From Massilia sp. (GTDB lineage: Bacteria; Pseudomonadota; Gammaproteobacteria; Burkholderiales; Burkholderiaceae_D), in NCBI GenBank assembly GCA_032115075.1, contig DAMCRY010000001.1, positions 19,348-83,347 of the forward strand: a stretch of DNA of 64,000 bases, given 5' to 3'. The first letter of the stretch is position 1. The number at the start of each line of letters is the position of its first letter. Both the position numbers and the translations under genes were made by a program. This document shows, in pieces, positions 39,462-50,329 of the stretch. Below the pieces are notes generated by a model, which was not told where the DNA came from, made no database searches, and saw only the letters and a program-made list of their open reading frames with translations.

Positions 39462-42173
39462 ATGGTTCACAAGTACATCCCAGCAACGACGGCTGCCATT
39501 GCACTGATGCTAGGGCAACAAGACGCACACGCACAGCAACCTGCTACGACTGGGGAACTAGTTCAAGGCGCAGGGATGGAACGTGTCCAGGTCACGGGCA
39601 GTCGGATCAATTTGCGGCAAGAGCAGATTTCGGGCGTCGGCCCGGTCACGGTGATCGACGCTGAGACGATCCAGCGCTCGGGCGCCATTTCGGTCGAGAC
39701 GCTGCTGCAGCGCTTGCCGTCTTCCGCCGGAACGGCCGGCAACCAGAGTAGCGCCTATTGGACCAGCAACGGCTATGGGACGACCCAGGTCAACCTGCGC
39801 GGTCTCGGCATCGACCGTACCCTGGTACTGCTCAACGGGCGGCGGGTGGTCTCGGGCGGCACCGGTGCGAACAGTTCGGTCGACTTGAACATGATCCCTG
39901 TCGCGATGATCGAGCGCATCGAAGTGCTGAAGGACGGCGCATCGGCAATCTACGGCGCTGACGCCGTGGCCGGTGTCGTCAACATCATCACCAAGAAAGC
40001 ATTCGACGGCGTGGAAGCATCGGTCCGTTATGGCAAGACCGAAGAAGGCGATGGCGCCGAGAAGTCCGCCGACATCGTATGGGGGATGCGCAGCGACCGT
40101 GGATCGCTGATGGCATCCCTGAACTACTCCGAAAGCGAAGCGGTCAACCTGGCCTCCCGCGCGCCCTGCGCGCTGTTCGAGGACGAGGGTGAACTTGTCT
40201 GCTCGGGCAGTTCGTCGACGATCGGCGGGCGTGCGCTGCTGGCAAACGGCCGTCGCGTCAATTTCAACCAGGACCCGGGCGGGAATCCGCGTGCGTTCGA
40301 AACCTATAGCGCAGCCAAGCACGGATATAACAGCAACCCCTTCCTGAACGCGGTCAATCCGATCAAGAGGATCGGCCTCAGCACGTTCGGAAACGTGCGC
40401 CTGAACGACAAAGTCGACCTGTTCACGGAACTGATGTTCACCAACCGCAAGTCGGAGCAACTGGCAACGCCGGGCGCCATCGGCGTCTACCGCCCGATCA
40501 GGATCGCTGCGAGCCATCCGACGAATCCGACGGGACAAGACCTGGTCCTCGAACGGCGCCGGGTTGCCGAGGTGGGGCCGCGCTACTTCTTCCAGGAGAC
40601 AAACACCTTCCGGGTGGTTGCTGGTCTCAAGGGGAATATCGCGAATACCTGGGACTGGTCTGCATCCGTGAACTGGGGGCGGAATACCGGGGTTGACGGC
40701 ATGACCAACATTATCAACCTCGACAGGGTCGATGCAACGCTCAATGCCGCCACCTGCGGCACCAGTCCGACCGCGGCGCCATGCGGGAACTACCTCGGCT
40801 ACGGCAACCTTAGCCCAGCTGTGCTCGACTACATCCACTTCACGACGCGAGATCATGGCGGCAACGACCAGAAGAGCTTCAATGCCAGTGTCAGCGGAGA
40901 ACTGTTCTCGTTGCCGGCAGGGCCGGTCGGCTTTGCCTCGGGCTTCGAATACCGCCGCGAAAAAGGCTGGCGCGATCCCGACAGCCTGATCGTGTCGGGT
41001 GCGGCCAATACCAACGCCATGGACCCGATTGCCGGCGAATACAGCGCACGCGAATTGTTCGCCGAACTGTCAGTCCCGCTGCTGGCGAAGCTGCCCATGG
41101 TCCAGTCGCTGGGCCTGAACGCGGCGGCGCGCTACTCCGACTACAGCCTGTTCGGCTCCCAGGCCACCTACAAGGTCGGCCTGGACTGGCAGATCATCCC
41201 GTCGCTGAAGATGCGCGCCAACCGGTCGACCGCCTTCCGTGTCCCGAACGTTCCCGAGCTGTTCGGCGGGGTGTCGGAAGGAAACCTGACGACGACCGAT
41301 CCATGCAATAACTGGAACACGCTCGATCCGAATTCGGCGGTCTACAAGAATTGCCAGGCTCAGGGACTGCCCGCAGGCTTCAGGCAGTTTGGTCCTTCGA
41401 TCCTGACCACGGGCGGCGGCAACCCGGACCTCGAGCCGGAAGAGGCCGACACGTTCACGGTGGGCGCGGTGTGGACGCCGTCGAAGTCGCTGACCCTGAC
41501 GCTGGACTATTTCAACATCGAGATCGACAACGCGATCGAGACGGTGCCGGGCTCGACGAAACTCTCCGTCTGCTACAACTCGCCGGGCCTGAGCCACATC
41601 TTCTGCAGCCCGTCGAGCTTCACGCGCGATCCGCGTACGAAAGAGATCAACTTCCTGTCGTCGCAGCCCGCAAACGCGGCCCAGCAGCGGGTTTCGGGGA
41701 TCGACTTTGGCGCACTGTACGACTTTTCCCTGTACGGATGGACTTCGTCGGTCTCGGTTGACGTCTCGCGCCTGAACCGGTTCGATATCACGCCCTTCCC
41801 GGGCGGCGACGTGATCGAATATGCGGGCAAGATCACGGGTGGCCGCGGCAGCTATGCGAAATGGCGTTCAAGCGCATCGCTGACGGCAGCGAACGGGCCA
41901 TGGTCGGGTTCCTATACCGTCCAGTACATCGGCAAGGCTGACGACATCAACGCAGCCCCGGCCGATATTGGCTCCCGTGCACCGAGCATCGCATATCATA
42001 ACGCCAGTGTGAAATATGCCTTCAGCAAAGCAATGGCGGTCTCCTTCGGTGTGGACAATCTCTTCGACAAGCGTCCGCCGTACATCCAGAGCTGGACGGA
42101 CGGGAACACCGACACGATGACCTACGACCTGCTCGGCCGCCGCTGGCACGTCCGCCTGGGCTACAAGTTCTAA
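39462..42173 (+). CDS. TonB-dependent outer-membrane receptor
   Basis: Signal peptide, TonB box ERVQVTGS, plug NLRGLG..RTLVLLNGRR, IERIEVLKDGASAIYGADAVAGVVNII, and terminal F. Confidence 0.93.
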   Translation: MVHKYIPATTAAIALMLGQQDAHAQQPATTGELVQGAGMERVQVTGSRINLRQEQISGVGPVTVIDAETIQRSGAISVETLLQRLPSSAGTAGNQSSAYWTSNGYGTTQVNLRGLGIDRTLVLLNGRRVVSGGTGANSSVDLNMIPVAMIERIEVLKDGASAIYGADAVAGVVNIITKKAFDGVEASVRYGKTEEGDGAEKSADIVWGMRSDRGSLMASLNYSESEAVNLASRAPCALFEDEGELVCSGSSSTIGGRALLANGRRVNFNQDPGGNPRAFETYSAAKHGYNSNPFLNAVNPIKRIGLSTFGNVRLNDKVDLFTELMFTNRKSEQLATPGAIGVYRPIRIAASHPTNPTGQDLVLERRRVAEVGPRYFFQETNTFRVVAGLKGNIANTWDWSASVNWGRNTGVDGMTNIINLDRVDATLNAATCGTSPTAAPCGNYLGYGNLSPAVLDYIHFTTRDHGGNDQKSFNASVSGELFSLPAGPVGFASGFEYRREKGWRDPDSLIVSGAANTNAMDPIAGEYSARELFAELSVPLLAKLPMVQSLGLNAAARYSDYSLFGSQATYKVGLDWQIIPSLKMRANRSTAFRVPNVPELFGGVSEGNLTTTDPCNNWNTLDPNSAVYKNCQAQGLPAGFRQFGPSILTTGGGNPDLEPEEADTFTVGAVWTPSKSLTLTLDYFNIEIDNAIETVPGSTKLSVCYNSPGLSHIFCSPSSFTRDPRTKEINFLSSQPANAAQQRVSGIDFGALYDFSLYGWTSSVSVDVSRLNRFDITPFPGGDVIEYAGKITGGRGSYAKWRSSASLTAANGPWSGSYTVQYIGKADDINAAPADIGSRAPSIAYHNASVKYAFSKAMAVSFGVDNLFDKRPPYIQSWTDGNTDTMTYDLLGRRWHVRLGYKF

Positions 42174-42195
42174 GCGGCTCATCCTGTCCATTCGT

Positions 42196-42222
42196 AGCCC
42201 GGCCTGTCTCGCAGGCCGGGCT
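42196..42222. terminator. GC-rich stem-loop between the receptor and PepSY genes
   Basis: AGCCCGGCCTG-TCTCG-CAGGCCGGGCT; no U-tract, so possibly an mRNA-stabilising hairpin. Confidence 0.5.
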
Positions 42223-42245
42223 GACTCAACTCATTGTCGAAATAT

Positions 42246-42944
42246 ATGCAACTAGCTTTCTGGGTGCGCCGCGCCCATAAATGGATCGGGCTGCTGATCG
42301 GCGTGCAGGCGCTGCTGTGGATGATCAGCGGCCTGTACATGGTCGTCGTGCCTCTTGAGGTCATCCACGGAGACCATCTCGCCCATGTCCCGACCGAACG
42401 CCTCAACCCCTCGGCGAGCCGCATCACACAGGCACAACTGCACGAAAGCCATCCCGGCATTACTTCCATCCGGCTGAAGGTGCTGCTCGGGAAAGAGGTC
42501 TACGAGATCAAGCAGGACAAGAAGGTCAGCTTGGTCGATGCCGTCAGCGGCAAGACCATCAGCCCGCTCGACCGGGACAGCATCATCGCGCTGGCCGACG
42601 CGGCGTACGTCGGCGAGGGCAGCATCCGCAGCATCGAATGGATTACCAAAGCGCCGCAGGAAGTGGGCGCCCGGCCGGTTCCCCTCTGGGCCGTGCATTA
42701 CGACGACGTGGATCCGGGCAGCAGCACCCTGTATTTCTCCCCATTCTCCGGCGACCTGGTCGCTAGGCGTCACGAACTATGGCGATGGTTCGATTTCCTG
42801 TGGATGTTCCACATCATGGATTACGAGGAGCGTGAGGACGTCAACAATACCCTGCTGCGCGTTGCGTCCATCACCGGCCTGGCCTTTGCACTGAGCGGCG
42901 CCTGGCTACTCTTCTACAGCTTCCAGCGCAGGAGGCAGGCATGA
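42246..42944 (+). CDS. PepSY-domain inner-membrane protein
   Basis: RRAHKWIGLL TM, periplasmic PepSY repeats, WRWFDFLWMFHIMDY and a C-terminal TM. Start uncertain (42234 or 42246). Confidence 0.8.
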   Translation: MQLAFWVRRAHKWIGLLIGVQALLWMISGLYMVVVPLEVIHGDHLAHVPTERLNPSASRITQAQLHESHPGITSIRLKVLLGKEVYEIKQDKKVSLVDAVSGKTISPLDRDSIIALADAAYVGEGSIRSIEWITKAPQEVGARPVPLWAVHYDDVDPGSSTLYFSPFSGDLVARRHELWRWFDFLWMFHIMDYEEREDVNNTLLRVASITGLAFALSGAWLLFYSFQRRRQA

Positions 42945-44743
42945 GCCCATGGATGAGAAGGCTTCACAAGTGGGTAGGGCTGCTTCTTGCGATCCAGTTC
43001 GTACTGTGGATGTCGAGCGGCGTGGTCATGAGCCTGCTCGATGCGAAAAAGGTGCAGGGCCGCGAGTACCGTATCAAGCCGCAGGCAGCGCCCGAATGGC
43101 CGCGCAACGTGCTCGCGCCCGACGCGGTCCTTGCAGCCAGCGCAGGTAAGGTCATGGCAATCACCTCGGGCTGGCTGCTCGACAGGCCTATGTACCGGCT
43201 GCAGGGCGACAAGCGCAGCTGGCTGGTCGATGCCAGTGACGGGCGCAGCGTGTCCATCGACGGCGCACTCGCGCGGACGATCGCAAGCGCATCGTATTCC
43301 GGCAGCGGCAAGGCAGGCACGCCGCGTCTGCTCAACTACACCCTGGAGACCCGCGCACACAAGGAGCCGGTGTGGCGGGTGGATTTCAATGACGAGGACG
43401 AGACGGCCGTGTACGTGTCCAGCGTTTCAGGCAATGTGCTGGAACACCGGAACAATACCTGGCGCCTGTTCGACTTCTTCTGGATGCTCCACATCATGGA
43501 CTACAGCGAGCGTACGGACTTCAACAACCCGCTGCTCGTCTCAAGCGCGATCGGCGGGCTGTGGATGGCACTGACTGGCGTCTGGCTCCTGTTTGCGAGT
43601 GTGCGACTGGCGGAGTTCGTGCCGACGCGCTTGCGCCAGCGCCGCAGCGTCAACCTGCTGGGTAGCGGTGGACAGCTCGCGCGTTCAGTCGACGCCGCCA
43701 AAGGCGACACGGTGTTCCGTGCACTGGCGCGCTCAGGGCTGCAGCTGCCGTCGAACTGTGGCGGCGGGCAGAGCTGCGGGCTATGTGAAGTACGCTGTGT
43801 CGGCAAGGTGCCGGAGCCTACCGCGGCCGACCGGGCGCTGCTTTCACCCGCGAAGCTCGAGGCGGGATACCGGCTGGCGTGCGGCCTTCCGGTCACGCGC
43901 AGCCTCGACATCGATGTCGGCGATACGCTTGCCCTCGCAACCGAGCATGCTGCGACGGTCACCAGCGTGCGGGCGGTGACGCCGTTCCTGCGCGAGGTCA
44001 CGGTACGGCCGCAAGTCCCCCTCGGGTGCCGGCCTGGCGCGTATGTACAGGTGCATGTGCCGGCCTATGCACACGACGCCAGCCACATCGAGGTGCCGGA
44101 TCATCACCGCGACGACTGGAATAACGTCGGTGTACTGGGGCGGCTGGCGAACGACGCACCTCTACGCAGGTCTTACTCGGTCGCAGTACCTACCGAATGC
44201 TCAGACGGCCAGATTGTTTTCCTCGTGCGGTTCATGCCGGGAGAACGGCCGGGCAGGGGATCGAGCTACATGTACACGCTCAAGCCTGGCGACACGGTGT
44301 CGTTCAGCGGGCCATTTGGTGACTTCGCGCTCAAGCCAGGCGCGCGCGAAAAAGTGTTCATCGGTGGCGGCGCCGGCATGGCCCCACTGCGCGCCATGAT
44401 CCACGAGCTTCTCGCAAAGGGTGCGAGCGAACCAATCCACTTCTGGTATGGCGCACGCAGCATGCGCGACGCTCCCTACCTGGACGAGATGCATGCGTTT
44501 GCCGATAAACACTCCAACTTCCACTGGCACCTGGTTTTGTCGGAGGAGGCCGGGCAGCCCCCTCATCGTAGCGGACTGGTGCACGAGGCAGTCAGGAATG
44601 AGCTTCTGCACACGCATCCCGACATCGGTACGCTCGAGTTCTATGTTTGTGGGCCGCCGGCGATGCTGTCTGCTACCCGCGCGATGCTGCGCGATCTTGG
44701 CGTGGACGAGTCGAAGGTCGCTTTCGACGACTTCAAAATCTGA
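42941..44743 (+). CDS. PepSY-membrane domain fused to a [2Fe-2S] ferredoxin and an FAD/NAD(P)H reductase (NqrF-like C-terminal part)
   Basis: HKWVGL...FWMLHIMDY, then NCGGGQSCGLC...RLAC, RRSYS, GPFGDF, GGGAGMAP, YGAR, YVCGPP and FDDF. Confidence 0.88.
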   Translation: MSPWMRRLHKWVGLLLAIQFVLWMSSGVVMSLLDAKKVQGREYRIKPQAAPEWPRNVLAPDAVLAASAGKVMAITSGWLLDRPMYRLQGDKRSWLVDASDGRSVSIDGALARTIASASYSGSGKAGTPRLLNYTLETRAHKEPVWRVDFNDEDETAVYVSSVSGNVLEHRNNTWRLFDFFWMLHIMDYSERTDFNNPLLVSSAIGGLWMALTGVWLLFASVRLAEFVPTRLRQRRSVNLLGSGGQLARSVDAAKGDTVFRALARSGLQLPSNCGGGQSCGLCEVRCVGKVPEPTAADRALLSPAKLEAGYRLACGLPVTRSLDIDVGDTLALATEHAATVTSVRAVTPFLREVTVRPQVPLGCRPGAYVQVHVPAYAHDASHIEVPDHHRDDWNNVGVLGRLANDAPLRRSYSVAVPTECSDGQIVFLVRFMPGERPGRGSSYMYTLKPGDTVSFSGPFGDFALKPGAREKVFIGGGAGMAPLRAMIHELLAKGASEPIHFWYGARSMRDAPYLDEMHAFADKHSNFHWHLVLSEEAGQPPHRSGLVHEAVRNELLHTHPDIGTLEFYVCGPPAMLSATRAMLRDLGVDESKVAFDDFKI

Positions 44744-44750
44744 ATAGTGC

Positions 44751-44781
44751 TTGACCTTGTCACCATGGGAAGGTTTACAGT
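44751..44781 (+). promoter_or_regulatory. CueR-type promoter for copZ
   Basis: TTGACC-19 nt-TACAGT with an ACCTT...AAGGT dyad. Confidence 0.85.
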
Positions 44782-44813
44782 GAAGGCTCAATTTAGCCAA
44801 GGGAGGTAGCAGC

Positions 44814-45020
44814 ATGTATGAATTGCAAGTTGAAGGCATGACCTGTGGCGGTTGCGCCAATAGTGTCAAGAGGTCGGTGCAAGCGGTCGATGGCAATGCG
44901 AAGGTGGAGGTTGACCTGGGCAGCAAGAAAGTCCGGATTGACACCAGCGTCGATATCGACAAGGTAAAGGCGGCCGTCGTAGAGGCGGGATATCCCGTCA
45001 CTGCAAGCGCACGCGTATGA
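44814..45020 (+). CDS. copZ: CopZ-like copper chaperone
   Basis: 68 aa HMA domain with GMTCGGC and EAGY; GGAGG RBS. Confidence 0.9.
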   Translation: MYELQVEGMTCGGCANSVKRSVQAVDGNAKVEVDLGSKKVRIDTSVDIDKVKAAVVEAGYPVTASARV

Positions 45021-45286
45021 CGTAGACAACAGGATGGCGATTGCGACACCTTTTCTGCCCGGTGTCCAATCGCACCCATTCCCAAGCCGACGTCGCTGCA
45101 TGGCGTCGCTTTATCGACACGGTAAGGTGCACGGTGTCGAATCCGGTATATCTGCACCTCATCTACAGCCCGCCATTCACGCTGCTCCACGGGAGACCAG
45201 GCGCCTCGCCGGTTTTCTCCCATCCCGACAGTCTTTCATCTTCGGGTGGCCGGACAAGGCGGTATTGTCAGTTCTCCCGGAGATGC

Positions 45287-45317
45287 TTGACCTTCCCATG
45301 ATGGAAAGGTTTACAGT
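45287..45317 (+). promoter_or_regulatory. CueR-type promoter for the Cu ATPase and cueR
   Basis: TTGACC-19 nt-TACAGT with the dyad ACCTTCCCA-TGA-TGGAAAGGT. Confidence 0.88.
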
Positions 45318-45351
45318 AATCGTATCTTGAACGCATTGTAGAGAACCACCA

Positions 45352-47847
45352 ATGAGCATTCCAAACAAACAGCCCGCCGGCAGCGGCGCATTACCCATCA
45401 GTCTGCGGATCGAGGGCATGACCTGCGCTTCCTGCGTCGGCCGCGTGGAGGCCGCGCTTCGGAAAGTCCAGGGCGTCGGCAGCGTCGCGGTCAACCTCGC
45501 TACGGAGCGGGCTGAAGTACGGCCAAGCGGAGACGGCGCGGTGGACCGTGCAGCCCTGGTCCAGGCAATCGAGAAGGCCGGATACGATGTTCCCGCCCAG
45601 ACAATCGAATTGTCTGTCGAGGGCATGACCTGCGCATCTTGTGTCGGGCGGGTCGAACGAGCCCTCAACGCGGTGCCGGGTGTGAGCCAAGCCACGGTGA
45701 ACCTGGCAACCGAACGTGCGACGGTACGCGGCGTGGCGGCGACCGAAGCGCTGCTGGCGGCTATCGGCAAGGCGGGGTATGAAGCCAAGCTTCTCGATGC
45801 AAGCACCCGCTCCAGCGGTGATGACGGCGAGGCCAAAAAGGATGCCGAACGTCTGGCACTCAAGCGCGACCTGCTGCTTGCTTCCGCTCTTGCGCTACCG
45901 GTCTTCGTCCTCGAGATGGGCGCGCACCTGATCCCGTCCATGCACCATTGGGTCATGGAGAACATCGGTGAAGGGCCGAGCTGGTACCTGCAGTTCGTGC
46001 TGACATCACTGGTATTGTTGATCCCTGGCCGCCGCTTCTACACCAAAGGTTTTCCTGCACTGCTGCGGATGGCACCGGACATGAATTCGCTTGTGGCGGT
46101 GGGTACCCTGGCGGCATACGCATATTCGGTCGTCACCACCTTCCTGCCGCGCCTGCTCCCAGCGGGCACCGTGAACGTCTATTACGAAGCAGCGGCTGTG
46201 ATCGTGGCGCTGATCCTGTTAGGCCGATTTCTGGAAGCCCAGGCAAAGGGCCGTACGTCGCAAGCCATCCAACGATTGGTCGGGCTGCAGGCAAAAGTGG
46301 CCCATGTGGTACGCGGCGGCCGTGCAGTGGACATACCTGTCGCCGATGTGATCGCCGGCGATATCGTAGAGGTGCGCCCGGGCGAACGCATTCCGGTCGA
46401 TGGGGAGGTGATTGAGGGCGACAGCTACGTGGACGAGTCCATGATCACCGGTGAACCTGTCCCGGTCAGAAAGGTGCATGGCAGGGCCGTAGTCGGTGGC
46501 ACGGTCAACCAGAAGGGCGCCTTTACCCTGCGCGCCACGGCCGTGGGTGGACAGACCGTCCTGGCGCAGATCATTCGCCTGGTGGAGCAGGCGCAGGGCT
46601 CCAAGCTGCCGATCCAGGCGGTCGTTGACAAGGTCACGATGTGGTTCGTGCCTGCAGTGATGGCTGCGGCCTCCGTCACATTCCTGATCTGGCTCGTTTT
46701 CGGGCCGTCGCCAGCCCTGAGCTTCGCCCTGGTGAACGCCGTGGCGGTGCTCATCATCGCCTGTCCTTGCGCGATGGGGCTGGCGACGCCGACCTCCATC
46801 ATGGTCGGTACCGGACGCGGAGCAGAACTGGGCGTGCTGTTTCGTAAGGGCGAGGCATTGCAGCTCCTGAAGGACGCAAAGGTCGTCGCAGTAGACAAAA
46901 CCGGCACGCTGACCGAAGGGCGCCCCGCGCTGACTGACCTGGAAGTTGGCACGGGCTTCGAGCGCGCGCAGGTACTGGCAAGCATTGCAGCCGTGGAGTC
47001 GCGTTCCGAACATCCGATTGCGCGTGCAATCGTCGAGGCTGCTGAGCAAGAGGGCATCGCGCTTCCGGCGCTTACTGGGTTCGAATCGACTACCGGCATG
47101 GGTGTACGTGCACTGGTGGATGGGGTGCGCGTGGAAGTGGGAGCGGACCGGTACATGCGCTCGCTCGGTCTGGATGTGGGAAGCTTCGAGCCAACGGCCG
47201 CGCGACTCGGGAAAGAAGGGAAGTCGCCGCTGTACGCGGCAATCGATGGCCGCCTGGCCGCCATTGTCGCCGTGGCCGACCCGATCAAGGCCGATACACC
47301 CACTGCCATCGCTGCCCTGCATCGTCTGGGGCTCAAGGTCGCGATGATTACTGGCGATAACGAGCGCACCGCTCGCGCGATTGCGGCGCGCCTCGGTATC
47401 GACGAGGTCGTGGCTGAAGTACTGCCCGAGGGTAAGGTGGACGCGGTCAAGCGACTCAAGGCCGAACATGGCTCCGTCGCGTTCGTGGGTGACGGCATCA
47501 ACGATGCGCCCGCGCTGGCCGAGGCTGACGTCGGCCTGGCAATCGGCACTGGTACCGATGTCGCGGTAGAAGCAGCCGACGTGGTACTGATGTCAGGCAG
47601 CCTGCAGGGCGTTCCTAATGCGATCGCGCTCTCGAAAGCGACCATTGGCAACATACGCCAGAACTTGTTCTGGGCGTTTGCCTATAACGTTGCCCTGATC
47701 CCGGTGGCGGCGGGCATGTTGTATCCAGCGTATGGCGTGCTGCTGTCGCCCGTGTTTGCTGCCGGGGCGATGGCATTGTCCAGCGTATTCGTCCTTGGCA
47801 ATGCCTTGCGGCTGCGCGGGTTCAATCCGCCCTTGAATGATGAGTGA
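45352..47847 (+). CDS. copA: P1B-1 Cu(I)-exporting ATPase (CopA/ActP-like)
   Basis: Two GMTCASC HMA domains, CPC, DKTGT, YN and MALSS motifs. Confidence 0.93.
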   Translation: MSIPNKQPAGSGALPISLRIEGMTCASCVGRVEAALRKVQGVGSVAVNLATERAEVRPSGDGAVDRAALVQAIEKAGYDVPAQTIELSVEGMTCASCVGRVERALNAVPGVSQATVNLATERATVRGVAATEALLAAIGKAGYEAKLLDASTRSSGDDGEAKKDAERLALKRDLLLASALALPVFVLEMGAHLIPSMHHWVMENIGEGPSWYLQFVLTSLVLLIPGRRFYTKGFPALLRMAPDMNSLVAVGTLAAYAYSVVTTFLPRLLPAGTVNVYYEAAAVIVALILLGRFLEAQAKGRTSQAIQRLVGLQAKVAHVVRGGRAVDIPVADVIAGDIVEVRPGERIPVDGEVIEGDSYVDESMITGEPVPVRKVHGRAVVGGTVNQKGAFTLRATAVGGQTVLAQIIRLVEQAQGSKLPIQAVVDKVTMWFVPAVMAAASVTFLIWLVFGPSPALSFALVNAVAVLIIACPCAMGLATPTSIMVGTGRGAELGVLFRKGEALQLLKDAKVVAVDKTGTLTEGRPALTDLEVGTGFERAQVLASIAAVESRSEHPIARAIVEAAEQEGIALPALTGFESTTGMGVRALVDGVRVEVGADRYMRSLGLDVGSFEPTAARLGKEGKSPLYAAIDGRLAAIVAVADPIKADTPTAIAALHRLGLKVAMITGDNERTARAIAARLGIDEVVAEVLPEGKVDAVKRLKAEHGSVAFVGDGINDAPALAEADVGLAIGTGTDVAVEAADVVLMSGSLQGVPNAIALSKATIGNIRQNLFWAFAYNVALIPVAAGMLYPAYGVLLSPVFAAGAMALSSVFVLGNALRLRGFNPPLNDE

Positions 47848-47862
47848 TATTGGAGACAGCAC

Positions 47863-48327
47863 ATGAATATCGGTGAAGCATCGAAGGCATCTGGCGTGTC
47901 GGCCAAGATGATCCGCTACTACGAAGAGATCGCGTTGATACCGCATGCGGCGCGCAGCGAGTCGGGTTACCGGGCGTACACCGGTAGTGACATGCACCGC
48001 CTGCGCTTCATCCGGCGCGCCCGAGACCTCGGCTTTTCTGTAGCGGAGATCGGCGAACTGCTCAGTTTGTGGGATGACCGGTCGCGACAGAGTGCTGACG
48101 TGAAACGGCTTGCACAGTCGCATATCGCTGACCTGGAAGAGCGGATCAGGAACCTGCGTCAGATGGCCGATACCTTGAAGGAGCTCAGCGACTGTTGCGT
48201 AGGAGACGAACGGCCGGACTGTCCGATCCTGGCCACGCTGGAAGATCCGGAAGAGGTGGGAGAAGAACGGGCGGCGCACGCAGCAAGTCCCGCGCGCCGC
48301 GGGCTACGAGGCAAGGCGCCGGCTTAA
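47863..48327 (+). CDS. cueR: Cu(I)-responsive MerR-family regulator
   Basis: MNIGEASKASGVSAKMIRYYE and the metal loop CCVGDERPDCPIL. Confidence 0.92.
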   Translation: MNIGEASKASGVSAKMIRYYEEIALIPHAARSESGYRAYTGSDMHRLRFIRRARDLGFSVAEIGELLSLWDDRSRQSADVKRLAQSHIADLEERIRNLRQMADTLKELSDCCVGDERPDCPILATLEDPEEVGEERAAHAASPARRGLRGKAPA

Positions 48328-48431
48328 GGTTTAGCCAAGCGCCTTGCAGGGATAACTGTTAGAAGAGTCAACCAACCGCTGCAGCGCAAGCTTCGTCCCA
48401 TACCGTTGCAGTAGAGCCGGAAGAATGCTGA

Positions 48432-48875
48432 TTACTTCGCCTTCCGAGACGACCAGTGCACGTGAACGATCGCCCATGTGTCGCCACGCTTCTCCAGCAC
48501 TGCCGTTCCGGTACCGAAAGCGTGTACCGGCTTGCCGCGCGATGTCCCGGTGGTTTCCGTCTCCTCCCAGACCACAGCAGTCTTGCCGTCGATGCGCTCG
48601 GTTTGCTTGAGCACCTTGCGAGTCGACGACTTCGCGAACTCCATGTCGCCGCCCAGATGGTGACTTGCATACTCGTCGCGCGAGCGTTCGACGTAACCAG
48701 CTTCATAGATTGCAATCTCGGGTGCCAGCAGGCTGAGGGCCTTCGCTCTATCGCCGGCCACCAGCGCGTCGTGAAACGCGGCTAGAGCTTCCTTTGGTGA
48801 AGCCGCCAAGCTGGCGGCCGAGGTGGCGGCCAGAATGCCCGCCAGTGCCAATTGTCTCAGGGATGTCCTTGTCAT
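48432..48875 (-). CDS. Periplasmic NTF2/SnoaL-like (DUF4440-type) protein
   Basis: Signal peptide, AFHDALVAGD, YASHHL and WAIVHVHWSS. Confidence 0.75.
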   Translation of the reverse strand: MTRTSLRQLALAGILAATSAASLAASPKEALAAFHDALVAGDRAKALSLLAPEIAIYEAGYVERSRDEYASHHLGGDMEFAKSSTRKVLKQTERIDGKTAVVWEETETTGTSRGKPVHAFGTGTAVLEKRGDTWAIVHVHWSSRKAK

Positions 48876-48902
48876 TGTTTTTCCTTTGATTGAGTGAAGT
48901 GT

Positions 48903-49901
48903 TCAGGATGCGGTTGGTGGCGGCGTCGAGCTCAGGAACGCTGCCGCGACAATTGCTGCAATAAGGAAGACTGCTTCCGCCCGCAGGATCAATACGAACC
49001 TCCGGTCCGGACTCGACTCAGCTGCGATAAGCGTACTGGCTTCGTTCCCGTTGCCCGCCTTCCGGTCTCCACCAGTTTTGGCACGCTTGGAAGCTTTGCG
49101 AAGGCGCGAAAGCATCGCAGGCATGACAACGAAGCGATTCAGGCCTCCCAGCGCGGAGGCGCAGAGCACCAGGCCGATCTTGACCAGCAAAGTCGCCGCA
49201 TAGGGATTGCCGAATGCGTTGTCGAATCCGCCGAGGCCTCGCCAGGCGGCGATGATACCGGTCGTGAAGATCCCGACCAACGCGATGGTTGCCGAATGCG
49301 ACAGTGCGGCAATGTAGTCGGCGCAGTCGCGGCGGCTCTGCAGTTCTGTACCAGGCCCGCCAGGCAGGGCGATCAATCCGGCCACAAGCACTTCGCCTAC
49401 CCAGAGGCTGATCAGGACCAGGTGCACCCAATCGAATGCCACTGCCCATATGAAATCGCCGCCGGCGCCCGCGTGGCTGACCATGCTGCGGCTGTAGAGC
49501 AGCACGCCGATCGCCCCGATGCGGATCATTGATGCGGGCTTGCCCCTCTGGTCGCGTGCGGTGCAAACGGCACCGATGACGATGAGTGCTGCCGCGCCGA
49601 TCATCCACGCCATCCCATAGTGGGTAGCGGTGATCACCGAACGGACAGCCGGCAGCGCCTCGGCAAGCGGCACTTCCGCCATCGACGCCGCCTCGACCCA
49701 GAGGATCGCCACGTACGCCAACATCGCCGAGCCGGTCGCGCCAAGCACGGCAGTGCGCAGGCGAGGCAGAAGTCCGGTTACCCAGGAAGACGTACCCGCG
49801 CGAAGCCAAAGCGTTGCCGCGCTCGCACCAACGAGCACGGCAAACGACAGGTTCAGGACGACTGTGACGGCGCGCTGCAGGGACGCGAGGTCAGACTCCA
49901 C
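48903..49901 (-). CDS. copD: CopD inner-membrane copper protein
   Basis: THYG, SHA, DWVHLVLISLWVG, YAATLLVK and LGGLNRF; follows copC. Confidence 0.88.
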   Translation of the reverse strand: MESDLASLQRAVTVVLNLSFAVLVGASAATLWLRAGTSSWVTGLLPRLRTAVLGATGSAMLAYVAILWVEAASMAEVPLAEALPAVRSVITATHYGMAWMIGAAALIVIGAVCTARDQRGKPASMIRIGAIGVLLYSRSMVSHAGAGGDFIWAVAFDWVHLVLISLWVGEVLVAGLIALPGGPGTELQSRRDCADYIAALSHSATIALVGIFTTGIIAAWRGLGGFDNAFGNPYAATLLVKIGLVLCASALGGLNRFVVMPAMLSRLRKASKRAKTGGDRKAGNGNEASTLIAAESSPDRRFVLILRAEAVFLIAAIVAAAFLSSTPPPTAS

Positions 49902-50267
49902 TTATTTCACCTGGAAATTAAACTCGCCCTTGACCTTGTGCCCGTCCCGGGTGACGGTACTCCATTGGACACGGTACGCGCCGGCATGCAGTCCGGGCGT
50001 AGTGGCAATCAGGGCTTTGGCGTTGGCGGGATCCGATGCAATCTTCGAAGGCTCGACAACAGTGCCTTTCTCGTCGACCAGCTTGATTTTGCTGAACGGC
50101 AGTTCCAGCGGCTCGTTGAACTGCAGGCGCACCTGTGCAGGCGCCGGACTGACGACACTGTTGGCTTGGGGAGTCGATGCCTCGAGCTTTGCGTGAGCGA
50201 AGGCGGCGGGAGCCGACAACGTGGAAATGGCCGCGGCTGTGGCGACAAGCAGATTTTTAATGTTCAT
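49902..50267 (-). CDS. copC: CopC periplasmic copper chaperone
   Basis: AFA|HAKLEASTP mature N-terminal His and WSTVTRDGHKVKG. Confidence 0.92.
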   Translation of the reverse strand: MNIKNLLVATAAAISTLSAPAAFAHAKLEASTPQANSVVSPAPAQVRLQFNEPLELPFSKIKLVDEKGTVVEPSKIASDPANAKALIATTPGLHAGAYRVQWSTVTRDGHKVKGEFNFQVK

Positions 50268-50329
50268 GTTGTTTCTCCTATGTGTCCCGCATTCGTGGAA
50301 TGCGGGACTCGACGATGGCCCGATACTGC

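Noticed and set aside
45034..45330. ORFs between copZ and the Cu ATPase
   Set aside because: No recognisable features, and they run through the second CueR-type promoter.
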